DNA from: an uncultured Eubacteriales bacterium
GTDB lineage: Bacteria; Bacillota; Clostridia; Oscillospirales; CAG-272
Direction of reading: 5' to 3'
Length of the DNA stretch: 64,000 nucleotides
Assembly: GCA_905187695.1 (NCBI GenBank)
Contig: CAJJIY010000001.1
Span: 6,831-70,830 of the forward strand
The number at the start of each line of letters is the position of its first letter. Within the stretch, counting starts at the first letter, position 1. Positions 28,706 through 37,792 of the stretch are shown here, one piece after another. Both the position numbers and the translations under genes were made by a program. The notes beneath the pieces were generated by a model. The model made no database searches and was not told the DNA's origin. It was given only the letters and a program-made list of their open reading frames with translations.

Positions 28706-31102
28706 ATGTTTTTTAAAAAATTATTGAAAGGCCTGGCGTTTTTCTCTTTGTCGCTGACGCTTTCTCTTTTTATTGTGCTTTCCTTTGGCGTTGTGGGGGG
28801 CGGTGTCTGGTTGCTTTCACAACCGGATAGGAAATTGCCAGAAGAAATTTTTCTGACCGGTGTACAGGACCGGACCACTCGTCTTTATGCCATAGATGAA
28901 ACCGGCGCGGAAAAAGAGCTTTCGGCGGACCGTGTGAGCGGCAGTGAAAACGCGCTTTTTTGCCCGATTTCCGAGATCCCCGCAAACCTTCAAAACGCTT
29001 TTATCGCCATTGAAGACAAACGGTTTTACGAGCATGGCGGCGTTGATTATCTGCGGACCGCGGCGGCGCTCTCTTCCTATCTGAAGACCGGACACGGAAG
29101 TTTTGGCGGTTCCACCATTACACAGCAACTGATCAAGAATCTCACAGGCGACAGCGAAAAAAGTTTCCGGCGGAAAGCGCTTGAGATTCTGCGTGCGGCA
29201 GAAGCGGAACAAAAATTCAGCAAATCCGAAATTCTGGAGCAGTATCTGAATGTCGTCAATCTTTCGGGGAGCTGCTACGGCGTGCGTACCGCCGCCAATT
29301 ATTATTTTTCAAAAGAGGTGGCCGAACTTTCTCTGCCGGAATGTGCGGCGCTTGCGGCGATTACCAACAATCCTTCCCGATATGACCCCATCAAGCACCC
29401 GGAAGCCAATCGGGAAAGACGCGATCTCATTTTACTTGAAATGTGCCGCCAGGGCATGATCAGTGAAACGGAAAGAGCGAATGCGGCGGAAAGTGAAACG
29501 GTTCTTTGCGTCAATCCAGAGGTCGGTGCCGGCAGAATCAACTCCTGGTATGCAGACATGGTTATAAGGGATGTCATTTCGGATCTTGTAAAAGAAAAGG
29601 GAATGAGTGAGGCGGCCGCTTCGCGGCTTTTGTATTGCGGCGGACTGAAAATCTATACGGTTATGGATGAAAAAATTCAGCAGACACTCTCCGAATACTA
29701 TCTCGACCGCGCCAATTTTCCCACGCACGAAGGCGGGAAAAAGGCGCAGAGCGCGATGATGATCGTTGATCCGGAAAACGGGCGGATTCTGGCCGTGGCC
29801 GGCGCGGTCGGCGAAAAGAATTCCAATCGCATTCAGAATTTCGCGACGGATACCGGCCGTCCGTCCGGTTCGGCGATTAAACCGCTGGCGGTCTATGGTC
29901 CGGCTTTGGAAAAAGATCTGATCACCTACGCAACGGTGCTGGACGATGTGCCGCAGTCTTATCGGAGCAACGGGGCGCCCTGGCCGCGTAACGCGCCGAA
30001 TTTTTATCGGGGACTGATCAATGTCAATGAGGCCCTGACCAATTCGGTCAACACCGCCAGCGTTTCGATCCTGAAAATGCTGGGAAATGAAAATGCCTTC
30101 CGGTTTCTGACCGACAAGATCGGATTTACTTCGCTTGATTCGCAGCGCGACAAAGGCGCGGCCGCGTTGGCGCTTGGTCAGCAGACAAACGGTGTGACGC
30201 TGCGGGAGCTGATGGGAGGGTATACCGCTGTGGCCGGCGGCGGTGTGTATCAGGGCACTCACAGTTACAGCCGGGTATTGGACGCCGGCGGAAAGGAATT
30301 GCTCCGGCGGGGCGGAGAAGAGCGCCGGGTATTTTCAGAAGAGACGGCGGGAATCCTGACGATGATGCTCCGGCATGTGGTGGAAGAGGGGACCGGCCGT
30401 GCGGTAACGCTGAAAACGAAGACCGATGTGGCCGGGAAGACCGGTACCAGCAGTCACAACTGCGATAAATGGTTCATCGGATACACGCCGGAATTGCTGG
30501 CCGGCGTGTGGTACGGCTTTGAATATCCCGCTTCGCTTTCCGATGTCAGCGGAAATCCGGCGCTTACGGTTTTTGATGAGGTTTTGGGGCGTGTGATCGC
30601 GGCGCGCGGTGTGGAAAGGCGCCAGTTTTCAACCCCGGAAGACCTTGTGGCCGTTCGCTATTGCAAAGATTCCGGAAAACTGCTTTCGGATGCCTGCTAT
30701 CATGATCCGCGGGGGGATCGTTCGGAAGTCGGATATTTCAAAGTCGGAACCGAACCGACCGGACATTGCGACTGTCATGTACTGGTGGATTATTGTTCGG
30801 GGGGCGGAGTGGCCACGCCCGAATGTCCGGCAGAGTGTCGGCATCAAACCGCGCTTTTGCGGGTTTCCCGCCATTTCAAACGGCAGATTGCCGTGCGGGA
30901 CGCCCCCTTCACTTATGAAGGCGAGGCGGGAAATATGGGACAAAATTTCAGGTATAATGAACCATATTATTCTGTAAATTATGAAACCAAGCAATTTTTT
31001 GGCATTGCAATGGGAGAGATCCCTTATAACCACGCCTGCCCAGTACACAGTGCCGATGCGTTTTGGCAGAGGCGTTTGCTGGTAGCTGAAAAGACAGGAT
31101 AA
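28706..31102 (+). CDS. bifunctional class A penicillin-binding protein (PBP1A family)
   Basis: TM anchor MFFKKLLKGLAFFSLSLTLSLFIVL. GT51 motifs AFIAIEDKRFYEHGGVD and GGSTITQQL. Transpeptidase motifs SGSAIKP, SVN and KTGTS. An alternative coupled start is ATG 28631, which overlaps the dnaE stop. Confidence 0.9.
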   Translation: MFFKKLLKGLAFFSLSLTLSLFIVLSFGVVGGGVWLLSQPDRKLPEEIFLTGVQDRTTRLYAIDETGAEKELSADRVSGSENALFCPISEIPANLQNAFIAIEDKRFYEHGGVDYLRTAAALSSYLKTGHGSFGGSTITQQLIKNLTGDSEKSFRRKALEILRAAEAEQKFSKSEILEQYLNVVNLSGSCYGVRTAANYYFSKEVAELSLPECAALAAITNNPSRYDPIKHPEANRERRDLILLEMCRQGMISETERANAAESETVLCVNPEVGAGRINSWYADMVIRDVISDLVKEKGMSEAAASRLLYCGGLKIYTVMDEKIQQTLSEYYLDRANFPTHEGGKKAQSAMMIVDPENGRILAVAGAVGEKNSNRIQNFATDTGRPSGSAIKPLAVYGPALEKDLITYATVLDDVPQSYRSNGAPWPRNAPNFYRGLINVNEALTNSVNTASVSILKMLGNENAFRFLTDKIGFTSLDSQRDKGAAALALGQQTNGVTLRELMGGYTAVAGGGVYQGTHSYSRVLDAGGKELLRRGGEERRVFSEETAGILTMMLRHVVEEGTGRAVTLKTKTDVAGKTGTSSHNCDKWFIGYTPELLAGVWYGFEYPASLSDVSGNPALTVFDEVLGRVIAARGVERRQFSTPEDLVAVRYCKDSGKLLSDACYHDPRGDRSEVGYFKVGTEPTGHCDCHVLVDYCSGGGVATPECPAECRHQTALLRVSRHFKRQIAVRDAPFTYEGEAGNMGQNFRYNEPYYSVNYETKQFFGIAMGEIPYNHACPVHSADAFWQRRLLVAEKTG

Positions 31103-31104
31103 AG

Positions 31105-31140
31105 AAAGCCCGGATGACAGTAATCTGTCATCCGGGCTTT
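31105..31140. terminator. bidirectional terminator between the PBP gene and mnmA
   Basis: AAAGCCCGGATGACAG, loop TAAT, CTGTCATCCGGGCTTT: a perfect 16-bp stem. Confidence 0.85.
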
Positions 31141-31169
31141 CCGGTGATGAGTGGATCATTTTTTTAAAG

Positions 31170-32228
31170 TTACTCGATTATTTTCCCGCCGCCAATGACA
31201 TAATCGTCATGCTCATCATAGAGCACCAGGGATTGGCCGGGCGAAACGGCGCGCTGCGGTTCATCAAAACGAAGGATCAGTTCATTCGTGCCGGTCTGTT
31301 CAACGGTTGCACGCGCGGCGGTCTGACGATAGCGTACTTTGGCCATCACGCGCAGGGGGGACTGCAATTTATCAAAAGGAATGAAATGAATATCGGTGGC
31401 TTTTACGCGACGGGTGAAAAGCGCCGCATTATCCCCCAGCGTTACGGTATTGTCCTCTTTGGATTTCCGAAGCACATAAAGCGGGGCAGCGGCTGCAATT
31501 CCAAGTCCTTTTCGTTGACCGATGGTGTAATGAATAAGTCCTTTGTGTTTTCCGAGCACACGGCCGTCCGGCGAAAGAAAATTTCCGGGCGGTTGCGGTT
31601 TGCCCAGTTCTTTTTCGATAAATCCGGCATAATCGCCATCCGGCAGGAAACAGATATCCTGACTGTCAACGCGTTCGGCGGCTTTGAGTCCGGCCAGCGC
31701 CGCCCGCTCGCGGACCTCCTTTTTGGAAAGCTCTCCAAGCGGAAAACAGACCGATGACAGCACCTGTTGAGACAGCGTATAAAGCACATAAGTCTGGTCT
31801 TTGGTCAGGTCTTTTGAACGTCGCAGTAAAAATCTGCCGTTGGCGTCTTTTTCCACGCGGGCGTAGTGGCCGGTTGCCAGCGTATCAAATCCTTTTTCGC
31901 GGGCAAAGCGAAGAAGGGCGCCGAATTTGATTTTTTCATTGCAGAGAACGCATGGATTGGGCGTTTGTCCGTTTTGATAACTTTCAATAAAAGGCTTGAC
32001 CACACATGAAAAAAATTCATCTCCTAAGTCGGCGATATAGTGCGGAATCCCCATAGCGCGGCAGGCCCCCGCCGCATCGGTACAATCCCTTTCGCTGCCG
32101 GAAGGATCCGGACGTCCGGGGAAAAGCAGTCGCATGGTTACGCCCGCAATCCGGGCATTTTCTTTTAATATCATAGCGGTTACGGCGCTGTCCACGCCGC
32201 CGCTCATGGCAATCATGATGTTTTTCAT
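31170..32228 (-). CDS. mnmA: tRNA 2-thiouridine(34) synthase
   Basis: ORF 31170..32315 trimmed to ATG 32228. PP-loop IAMSGGVDSAV; also TPNPCVLCN and LATGHYAR. Confidence 0.93.
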   Translation of the reverse strand: MKNIMIAMSGGVDSAVTAMILKENARIAGVTMRLLFPGRPDPSGSERDCTDAAGACRAMGIPHYIADLGDEFFSCVVKPFIESYQNGQTPNPCVLCNEKIKFGALLRFAREKGFDTLATGHYARVEKDANGRFLLRRSKDLTKDQTYVLYTLSQQVLSSVCFPLGELSKKEVRERAALAGLKAAERVDSQDICFLPDGDYAGFIEKELGKPQPPGNFLSPDGRVLGKHKGLIHYTIGQRKGLGIAAAAPLYVLRKSKEDNTVTLGDNAALFTRRVKATDIHFIPFDKLQSPLRVMAKVRYRQTAARATVEQTGTNELILRFDEPQRAVSPGQSLVLYDEHDDYVIGGGKIIE

Positions 32229-32229
32229 A

Positions 32230-32733
32230 TCAGCTATTCCAGTTATAATGGGTGAGATGGCCGCTTTCGCACAGCCCGGAAAAATTCTGCTGGCGAAGGA
32301 CTTCATAAAGCGCAATGGCCACCGAATTGGAGAGATTCAGGCTTCGCAGATGTTCCCGCATCGGGATCCGGACGCAGTGCGTCCCGTTTTCATACAGGAG
32401 CGCTTCCGGCAAGCCGGCGGATTCTTTTCCGAACATGAGAAAAACTTCTTTGGGATAGGTAATATCCGTATATTTTTGCGGGGCTTTGGTACTGAAAAAG
32501 AAAACGGGGGCATGAGGATGCTTTGAGAAAAAATCCGCGAGGTTGTCATAATAGGTGATGTCCAGCTTATCCCAATAATCCAGTCCGGCGCGTTTGAGTT
32601 TTTTGTCATCAATTTCAAATCCCAGCGGACGAATGAGATGAAGAGCCGCGCCGGTGGCGGCGCAGGAGCGGGCGATGTTGCCGGTATTTTGCGGAATTTC
32701 CGGTTCGTGCAGTACAATATGAATTTTGGACAT
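32230..32733 (-). CDS. trmL: tRNA (cytidine/uridine(34)-2'-O)-methyltransferase TrmL (SpoU family)
   Basis: IHIVLHEPEIPQNTGNIARSCAATGAALHLIRPLGF, FGKESAGLP and SLNLSNSVAIALYE. Confidence 0.9.
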   Translation of the reverse strand: MSKIHIVLHEPEIPQNTGNIARSCAATGAALHLIRPLGFEIDDKKLKRAGLDYWDKLDITYYDNLADFFSKHPHAPVFFFSTKAPQKYTDITYPKEVFLMFGKESAGLPEALLYENGTHCVRIPMREHLRSLNLSNSVAIALYEVLRQQNFSGLCESGHLTHYNWNS

Positions 32734-32858
32734 GGCGGCTCACTTTCGTGTCAGAATTGTTCTTATTATAGCGCATTTTGAAAGCGGAAGCAAGATAAAG
32801 GAAAAAATATCGCAAAATTTTCCTTTTTTCTATGGCATTTTCGCTTATAATGTTGTAT

Positions 32859-32900
32859 AATAATCATACTTAAATAATCATACTTAAATAATCATACTTA
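32859..32900 (+). repeat. perfect 3 x 14-bp tandem repeat AATAATCATACTTA in the secA promoter/leader
   Basis: Copies at 32859-32872, 32873-32886 and 32887-32900 are identical. The repeat ends 10 nt before the GGAGGG SD of secA. A TATAAT at 32856-32861 straddles the first copy. Confidence 0.95.
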
Positions 32901-32919
32901 CTCTTTACGGAGGGAACAC

Positions 32920-35682
32920 ATGGGACTGTTTCGTAAAATTTTCGGATCGTACAGCGACAGACAGATAAAAAAACTTCGTCAGGTGGCGGACTTGATTGAT
33001 GCGCTCGCGCCTAAATACGAAAAAATGACGGACGAAGAACTTTCCGGCGTGACAGCGACTCTCAAAGAGCGGCTTGCGGCCGGGGAAACGCTGGATAACA
33101 TTTTACCGGATGCTTTTGCGGCCGTGCGTGAAGCGGACGACCGGGTGCTGGGAAAGCGTCCTTTCTATGTTCAGCTTCTGGGCGGCATTATTCTGCATCA
33201 GGGAAGAATTGCCGAAATGAAAACCGGCGAGGGTAAAACGCTGGTGGCCACCATGCCCGCATATCTGAACGCGCTGACCGGCAAAGGCGTTCATGTGGTG
33301 ACGGTCAACGATTATCTGGCACGCCGGGACAGCGAGGAAATGGGGCGGGTCTATGCCTTCATGGGGCTTTCGACCGGTCTTGTCGTACATGGCCTGAGCG
33401 AGGCCGAAAAAAAGGCGGCCTACAACGCCGATATTACCTATGGCACCAACAACGAGTTCGGCTTTGACTATCTGCGGGACAATATGGTGGTTTATAAGGC
33501 CGATATGGTTCAGCGCGGCCATCATTTTGCCATCGTGGACGAGGTGGACTCCATCCTGATTGATGAGGCGCGCACGCCGCTCATCATTTCCGGTGCCGGT
33601 GAAAAATCCACCGATCTTTACGAGCGTGCCAACACGCTGGTCCGCGGGTTTGTCAAAGAAGTGCGCAAAGAACTGGACAATAAGGAAGAACTGGACAGCG
33701 TGGAAGCCGATTATGTGGTGGATGAAAAAGGGAAGAACGCGGTTCTCACTCCCCGCGGCGCCAAAAAAGCGGAAGCATTCTTTGGCATTGAAAACTTCAA
33801 TGACGCCGAGAATTCCGAGATCTCCCATCATGTCAATCAGGCCATCCGCGCATACGGCGTCATGAAACGGGATGTGGATTATGTGGTCAACGAAAACGGC
33901 GTAATGATTGTGGACGCCTTTACCGGCCGTATAATGCCCGGTCGCCGTTATTCCAACGGCCTTCACCAGGCCATTGAAGCCAAAGAAGGCGTGCAGGTGC
34001 AAAAAGAAAACCGGACGCTGGCAACAATCACTTTCCAGAATTATTTCCGTATGTATGACAAATTGTCCGGCATGACCGGCACGGCACTGACGGAGGAGCT
34101 GGAATTCCGCGAAATTTACGCGCTGGATGTGGTCGAAGTGCCGACCAACCGTCCGATGATCCGTAAAGACGAAAACGATCTGGTCTATAAAAACACAAAG
34201 GGCAAGTACGATGCCATTGTGGCGCAGGTCAAAGCCTGCCACGAAAAAGGGCAACCGGTTCTGGTAGGTACAGTCAGCGTGGACAAGTCCGAGGAACTTT
34301 CAGCCCGTCTGAAACGCGAAGGAATCCGTCACAATGTGCTCAACGCCAAGCACCATGAACGCGAGGCTGAGATTGTGGCTCAGGCCGGAAAATTCGGAGC
34401 GGTCACCATTTCCACCAACATGGCCGGACGCGGCACGGATATTATGCTGGGCGGAAATCCGGAATTCATGGCAAAGCAGGAAATGCGCAAAAACGGCGTG
34501 GAAGAAGATCTGGTGGCCATGGCCGCCGGCAGTGTCGAGGTGGAAGATCCCGCGCTCCGCGAAGCCCGCGAAACTTTCCGGACTCTTTTTGAAAAATACA
34601 AAAAGGAGATTGAACCCGAAGCGGAGAAGGTCAAAGAGGCCGGCGGTCTTTATATTCTTGGTACCGAACGGCATGAAAGCCGCCGGATCGATAATCAGCT
34701 TCGCGGTCGTTCCGGCCGGCAGGGAGATCCGGGCGAATCCCGTTTCTTCCTTTCGTTGGAGGATGATCTTATGCGTCTTTTCGGTGCGCACCGGATTGCG
34801 GGCATGGTGGAACGGCTGGGATTGCCGGAGGATCAACCGATCAACGCGAGAATCCTTTCCAACTCCATCGAATCCGCGCAGAAACGGATTGAAGACCAGA
34901 ACTTCAAGCGGCGGAAATATGTGCTGACCTATGACGACGTGATGAATCAACAGCGCAATCTGATTTATAAACAGCGACAAGAGGTTCTGGACGGAGAAAA
35001 TATTTCCGGCACCGTGAAGGAAATGATCGCCGCCACGCTGCGCGAAAACACAGCCGCGATGTTCCCGGATGATGACCGGGAAAACCGGAACCCGGAGGGA
35101 CTGGCGAATATTTACCGAGGATATCTGCTGGCAGACGGCGAACTCGAGGCGTTCCTTGAATCGCATGAAAAATGCAAATCGGATGATGTTGCCGAGTTCT
35201 TGATTGAAAAAGCAGAAAAAATCTATGCGGAAAAAGAGGCGCTTTTCGGCGCTGAAACTTTCCGTGAGGTGGAACGCTCCATTCTCCTGCAGTCGGTTGA
35301 CCGTCATTGGATGGATCATATTGACGCCATGGAGGATCTGAAAGAGAGCATTGGTCTTCAGGCTTATGCCCAGCGCGATCCTGTCAATGAATATCGTCTT
35401 CAGGGCGCCAATATGTTTGAGGAAATGGTGGCTGAGATCCGGGAAGAAACCGTCCGCCATATTCTTTCGGTTATACCGCGCGCAAAAGCGCCGGTGCGCC
35501 GTATTCAGTTGGCTAAACCGTTGGAGGAAAGCTTTGAGGGAGAGGGTGCCGCCAAGAAAAGGACGGTGGTCATCCGCAAATCCGAAAAAGTGGGGCGCAA
35601 CGATCTTTGCCCCTGCGGTTCCGGAAAGAAATATAAAAAATGTTGCGGTGCGGGCAAAGGCCCGGACGATGGCAGAAATTGA
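32920..35682 (+). CDS. secA: preprotein translocase ATPase SecA
   Basis: MKTGEGKTLVA Walker A, DEVDSILIDEARTPLIISG, TNMAGRGTDI and the C-terminal zinc finger CPCGSGKKYKKCCG. Confidence 0.97.
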   Translation: MGLFRKIFGSYSDRQIKKLRQVADLIDALAPKYEKMTDEELSGVTATLKERLAAGETLDNILPDAFAAVREADDRVLGKRPFYVQLLGGIILHQGRIAEMKTGEGKTLVATMPAYLNALTGKGVHVVTVNDYLARRDSEEMGRVYAFMGLSTGLVVHGLSEAEKKAAYNADITYGTNNEFGFDYLRDNMVVYKADMVQRGHHFAIVDEVDSILIDEARTPLIISGAGEKSTDLYERANTLVRGFVKEVRKELDNKEELDSVEADYVVDEKGKNAVLTPRGAKKAEAFFGIENFNDAENSEISHHVNQAIRAYGVMKRDVDYVVNENGVMIVDAFTGRIMPGRRYSNGLHQAIEAKEGVQVQKENRTLATITFQNYFRMYDKLSGMTGTALTEELEFREIYALDVVEVPTNRPMIRKDENDLVYKNTKGKYDAIVAQVKACHEKGQPVLVGTVSVDKSEELSARLKREGIRHNVLNAKHHEREAEIVAQAGKFGAVTISTNMAGRGTDIMLGGNPEFMAKQEMRKNGVEEDLVAMAAGSVEVEDPALREARETFRTLFEKYKKEIEPEAEKVKEAGGLYILGTERHESRRIDNQLRGRSGRQGDPGESRFFLSLEDDLMRLFGAHRIAGMVERLGLPEDQPINARILSNSIESAQKRIEDQNFKRRKYVLTYDDVMNQQRNLIYKQRQEVLDGENISGTVKEMIAATLRENTAAMFPDDDRENRNPEGLANIYRGYLLADGELEAFLESHEKCKSDDVAEFLIEKAEKIYAEKEALFGAETFREVERSILLQSVDRHWMDHIDAMEDLKESIGLQAYAQRDPVNEYRLQGANMFEEMVAEIREETVRHILSVIPRAKAPVRRIQLAKPLEESFEGEGAAKKRTVVIRKSEKVGRNDLCPCGSGKKYKKCCGAGKGPDDGRN

Positions 35683-35713
35683 ATTCTTTGTTTGAATGTG
35701 GGGAAAGGAGGGA

Positions 35714-36328
35714 ATGATGGGATTTGGCTGGTTGTTGATCGGTTATTTGCTGGCCGCGCTGATGTCACTGTATCGTCCGCTTTCAGTGGCCATGCTGATC
35801 GGATGGCCGCTGATCATTGCGGGATTGTCAAAACTGGCGCATTATGAGCGATTTTTCCGCTACGGATATTTTCTCTCCTTCTTTTCGCTGCCGTTTGCGC
35901 TTTTCTTTGCGGCCGAGGGGCTTTCTTTCGCCGAGTGGATTCCTGCCTTTCGTTTTCTTGAAGTCTCTTATAAACTTTTCTCGGTTTGTTATTTTCTCTT
36001 TTATTTCGCCATTCATCTTTTTCTTCTTTTGGGAATTGCCCGCCTTTCCAAAACCATGCCGCTTCCGGAAACGGAGCTGTTTGCGTGGCGGAATTTTGTG
36101 ATTCTGGCGGTCTATCAGGTGCTGTACCTCGTTTTGCTGCTTCCGGTACCGTTATTCAAAAATTATGGCGGATATTTTGCGTTGCCGCTGACGCTGCTGA
36201 GGCTCTTGTCCGTACTTTTGAATTTATGGCTTTTTTACCGGTGTTTTATGAAAATTTTACCGGCTGATCGTGATTTGACCCGCAGTTCGGATCTTCTTGA
36301 GAACAAAAAGGAGGGAAATTTAAAATGA
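35714..36328 (+). CDS. polytopic membrane protein, unknown function
   Basis: ORF 35696..36328; ATG 35714/35717 follows an AAGGAGGG SD. About 6 hydrophobic segments. I recognise no family. Confidence 0.6.
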   Translation: MMGFGWLLIGYLLAALMSLYRPLSVAMLIGWPLIIAGLSKLAHYERFFRYGYFLSFFSLPFALFFAAEGLSFAEWIPAFRFLEVSYKLFSVCYFLFYFAIHLFLLLGIARLSKTMPLPETELFAWRNFVILAVYQVLYLVLLLPVPLFKNYGGYFALPLTLLRLLSVLLNLWLFYRCFMKILPADRDLTRSSDLLENKKEGNLK

Positions 36329-37710
36329 CCAAAACAGGCGCAAGAGCCTGCGAGATTGCGATTTTTATCGGCCTTTGCTTTTTCTTGAATCCCGCATTTG
36401 CCGCGATCGATTTTCTGCCGGATTTTTTGGGTGCGTTGCTCATGACATTGGGCCTTTTGCCGCTTGCCAGATTCAGCGAACCGGCCGCCGATGCACGCCG
36501 CGCGTTTTTCCGTTTCGCGGCGGCAGATGCCGTTAAAAATTTTCTTCTTTTATTTGTCTTTGGCCTTGGAAATTCCGCCGAGCGTCCGACTCTGGTGTTG
36601 ACCGCCGCATTTCTCAGTCTCGTTTCCACAATCGCTTTCGGTATTCCGGCAATGCGTGCTTTTTTCGGAATGGCGGAATCCTTCGGCGTCCGGTTTGAAG
36701 AACCCTATCTTTATGAACAAAACGGGCGGAAATTCAACCGGCCGGAGCGGAACTTCCGATTTTTTGCATTGTTCCTGATCATCCGCGATGTGTTGGGGGT
36801 GTTACCCGAGTTTACTTCTTTGCTTCAGAGTTCTTATGTCGATTCCTCGATTTCAAAGTTATATGAATTTATCGGCGCGCTCCGTCTGGCGGCGCTTTTC
36901 CCGGTGGCATTTCTGGGGATTGCACTTCTGGTTTCGCTGGTTATCTTTTTTACCGGAATGCATACGCAGACCCGTCTTACCGAAAAATTGCAGGATGCCT
37001 ACGGCTCTTATACGGAAAGTCATCCCGGTACAGCGATTAAAGCCCGGTTTTTCCTTTCGTTTCTCCTTTTGGGTGTCGGCGCGTTCTTCTTTACGGATTT
37101 TTATCTGGATTTCCGGAATATTTTCCCGGACGCAGTGGGCGCCGTGCTTGTTTTTGCCGGAGTGCTTTTACTCTTACCGCCCTGCGGCCGAAAGTGGCCG
37201 ACGCTTCTTTTGTCCATCCTTTACGGTGCGATGGCAACGGTATCTACCACGGCTTCTTACCGTTTTTCCACTTCTTACAGCATTGGTTCTATCAGCAAAA
37301 GCGAAGAGGCCGCCGGCGCATATTTACAGATGTGGTTGCTTTCTTTGGCCGAATTCCTTGTTTTTGCGGTTTTCTTCGCATTCTTACTTTTCCTTTTGCG
37401 CCGGGTGGTGCACAACTATTGCGGATATCGTCCGGAACACTCGGACGAGGCCTTTGAAGAACGGAGGACAGCTTCGCTCAGGCAGGAATTTGACGGACAG
37501 TTTCTCACGGTCTATCTTTTCGGTTTTATCAGTGCGCTGTTTTCTTTCCTTTATGACTATTTAAAAGAAGTGCCGGGGAAGGGATTTTTCCGGATTCTGG
37601 AGTTCTTCTGGTTTGCTGATTTTAGCATGGCGCTGGTTTTTGCCATCCTTTTCTCTGTACTTCTTTCAAGAATATATCGTCAGATCTGCGCCCGCTATCA
37701 GTTTGAATGA
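36325..37710 (+). CDS. polytopic membrane protein with internal repeat, unknown function
   Basis: ATGA-type overlap with the upstream ORF and an AAGGAGGG SD. 461 aa with at least 10 hydrophobic segments. The motif occurs twice: IDFLPDFLGALLMTLGLL and IFPDAVGAVLVFAGVLL. Confidence 0.65.
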   Translation: MTKTGARACEIAIFIGLCFFLNPAFAAIDFLPDFLGALLMTLGLLPLARFSEPAADARRAFFRFAAADAVKNFLLLFVFGLGNSAERPTLVLTAAFLSLVSTIAFGIPAMRAFFGMAESFGVRFEEPYLYEQNGRKFNRPERNFRFFALFLIIRDVLGVLPEFTSLLQSSYVDSSISKLYEFIGALRLAALFPVAFLGIALLVSLVIFFTGMHTQTRLTEKLQDAYGSYTESHPGTAIKARFFLSFLLLGVGAFFFTDFYLDFRNIFPDAVGAVLVFAGVLLLLPPCGRKWPTLLLSILYGAMATVSTTASYRFSTSYSIGSISKSEEAAGAYLQMWLLSLAEFLVFAVFFAFLLFLLRRVVHNYCGYRPEHSDEAFEERRTASLRQEFDGQFLTVYLFGFISALFSFLYDYLKEVPGKGFFRILEFFWFADFSMALVFAILFSVLLSRIYRQICARYQFE

Positions 37711-37792
37711 CAGGGCCTTTTGTATGATTTCTCAAAAAGGCAATCACAAAATCATTATCCGGGCATGATGCCCCTACATAGAAAGGAATTCC

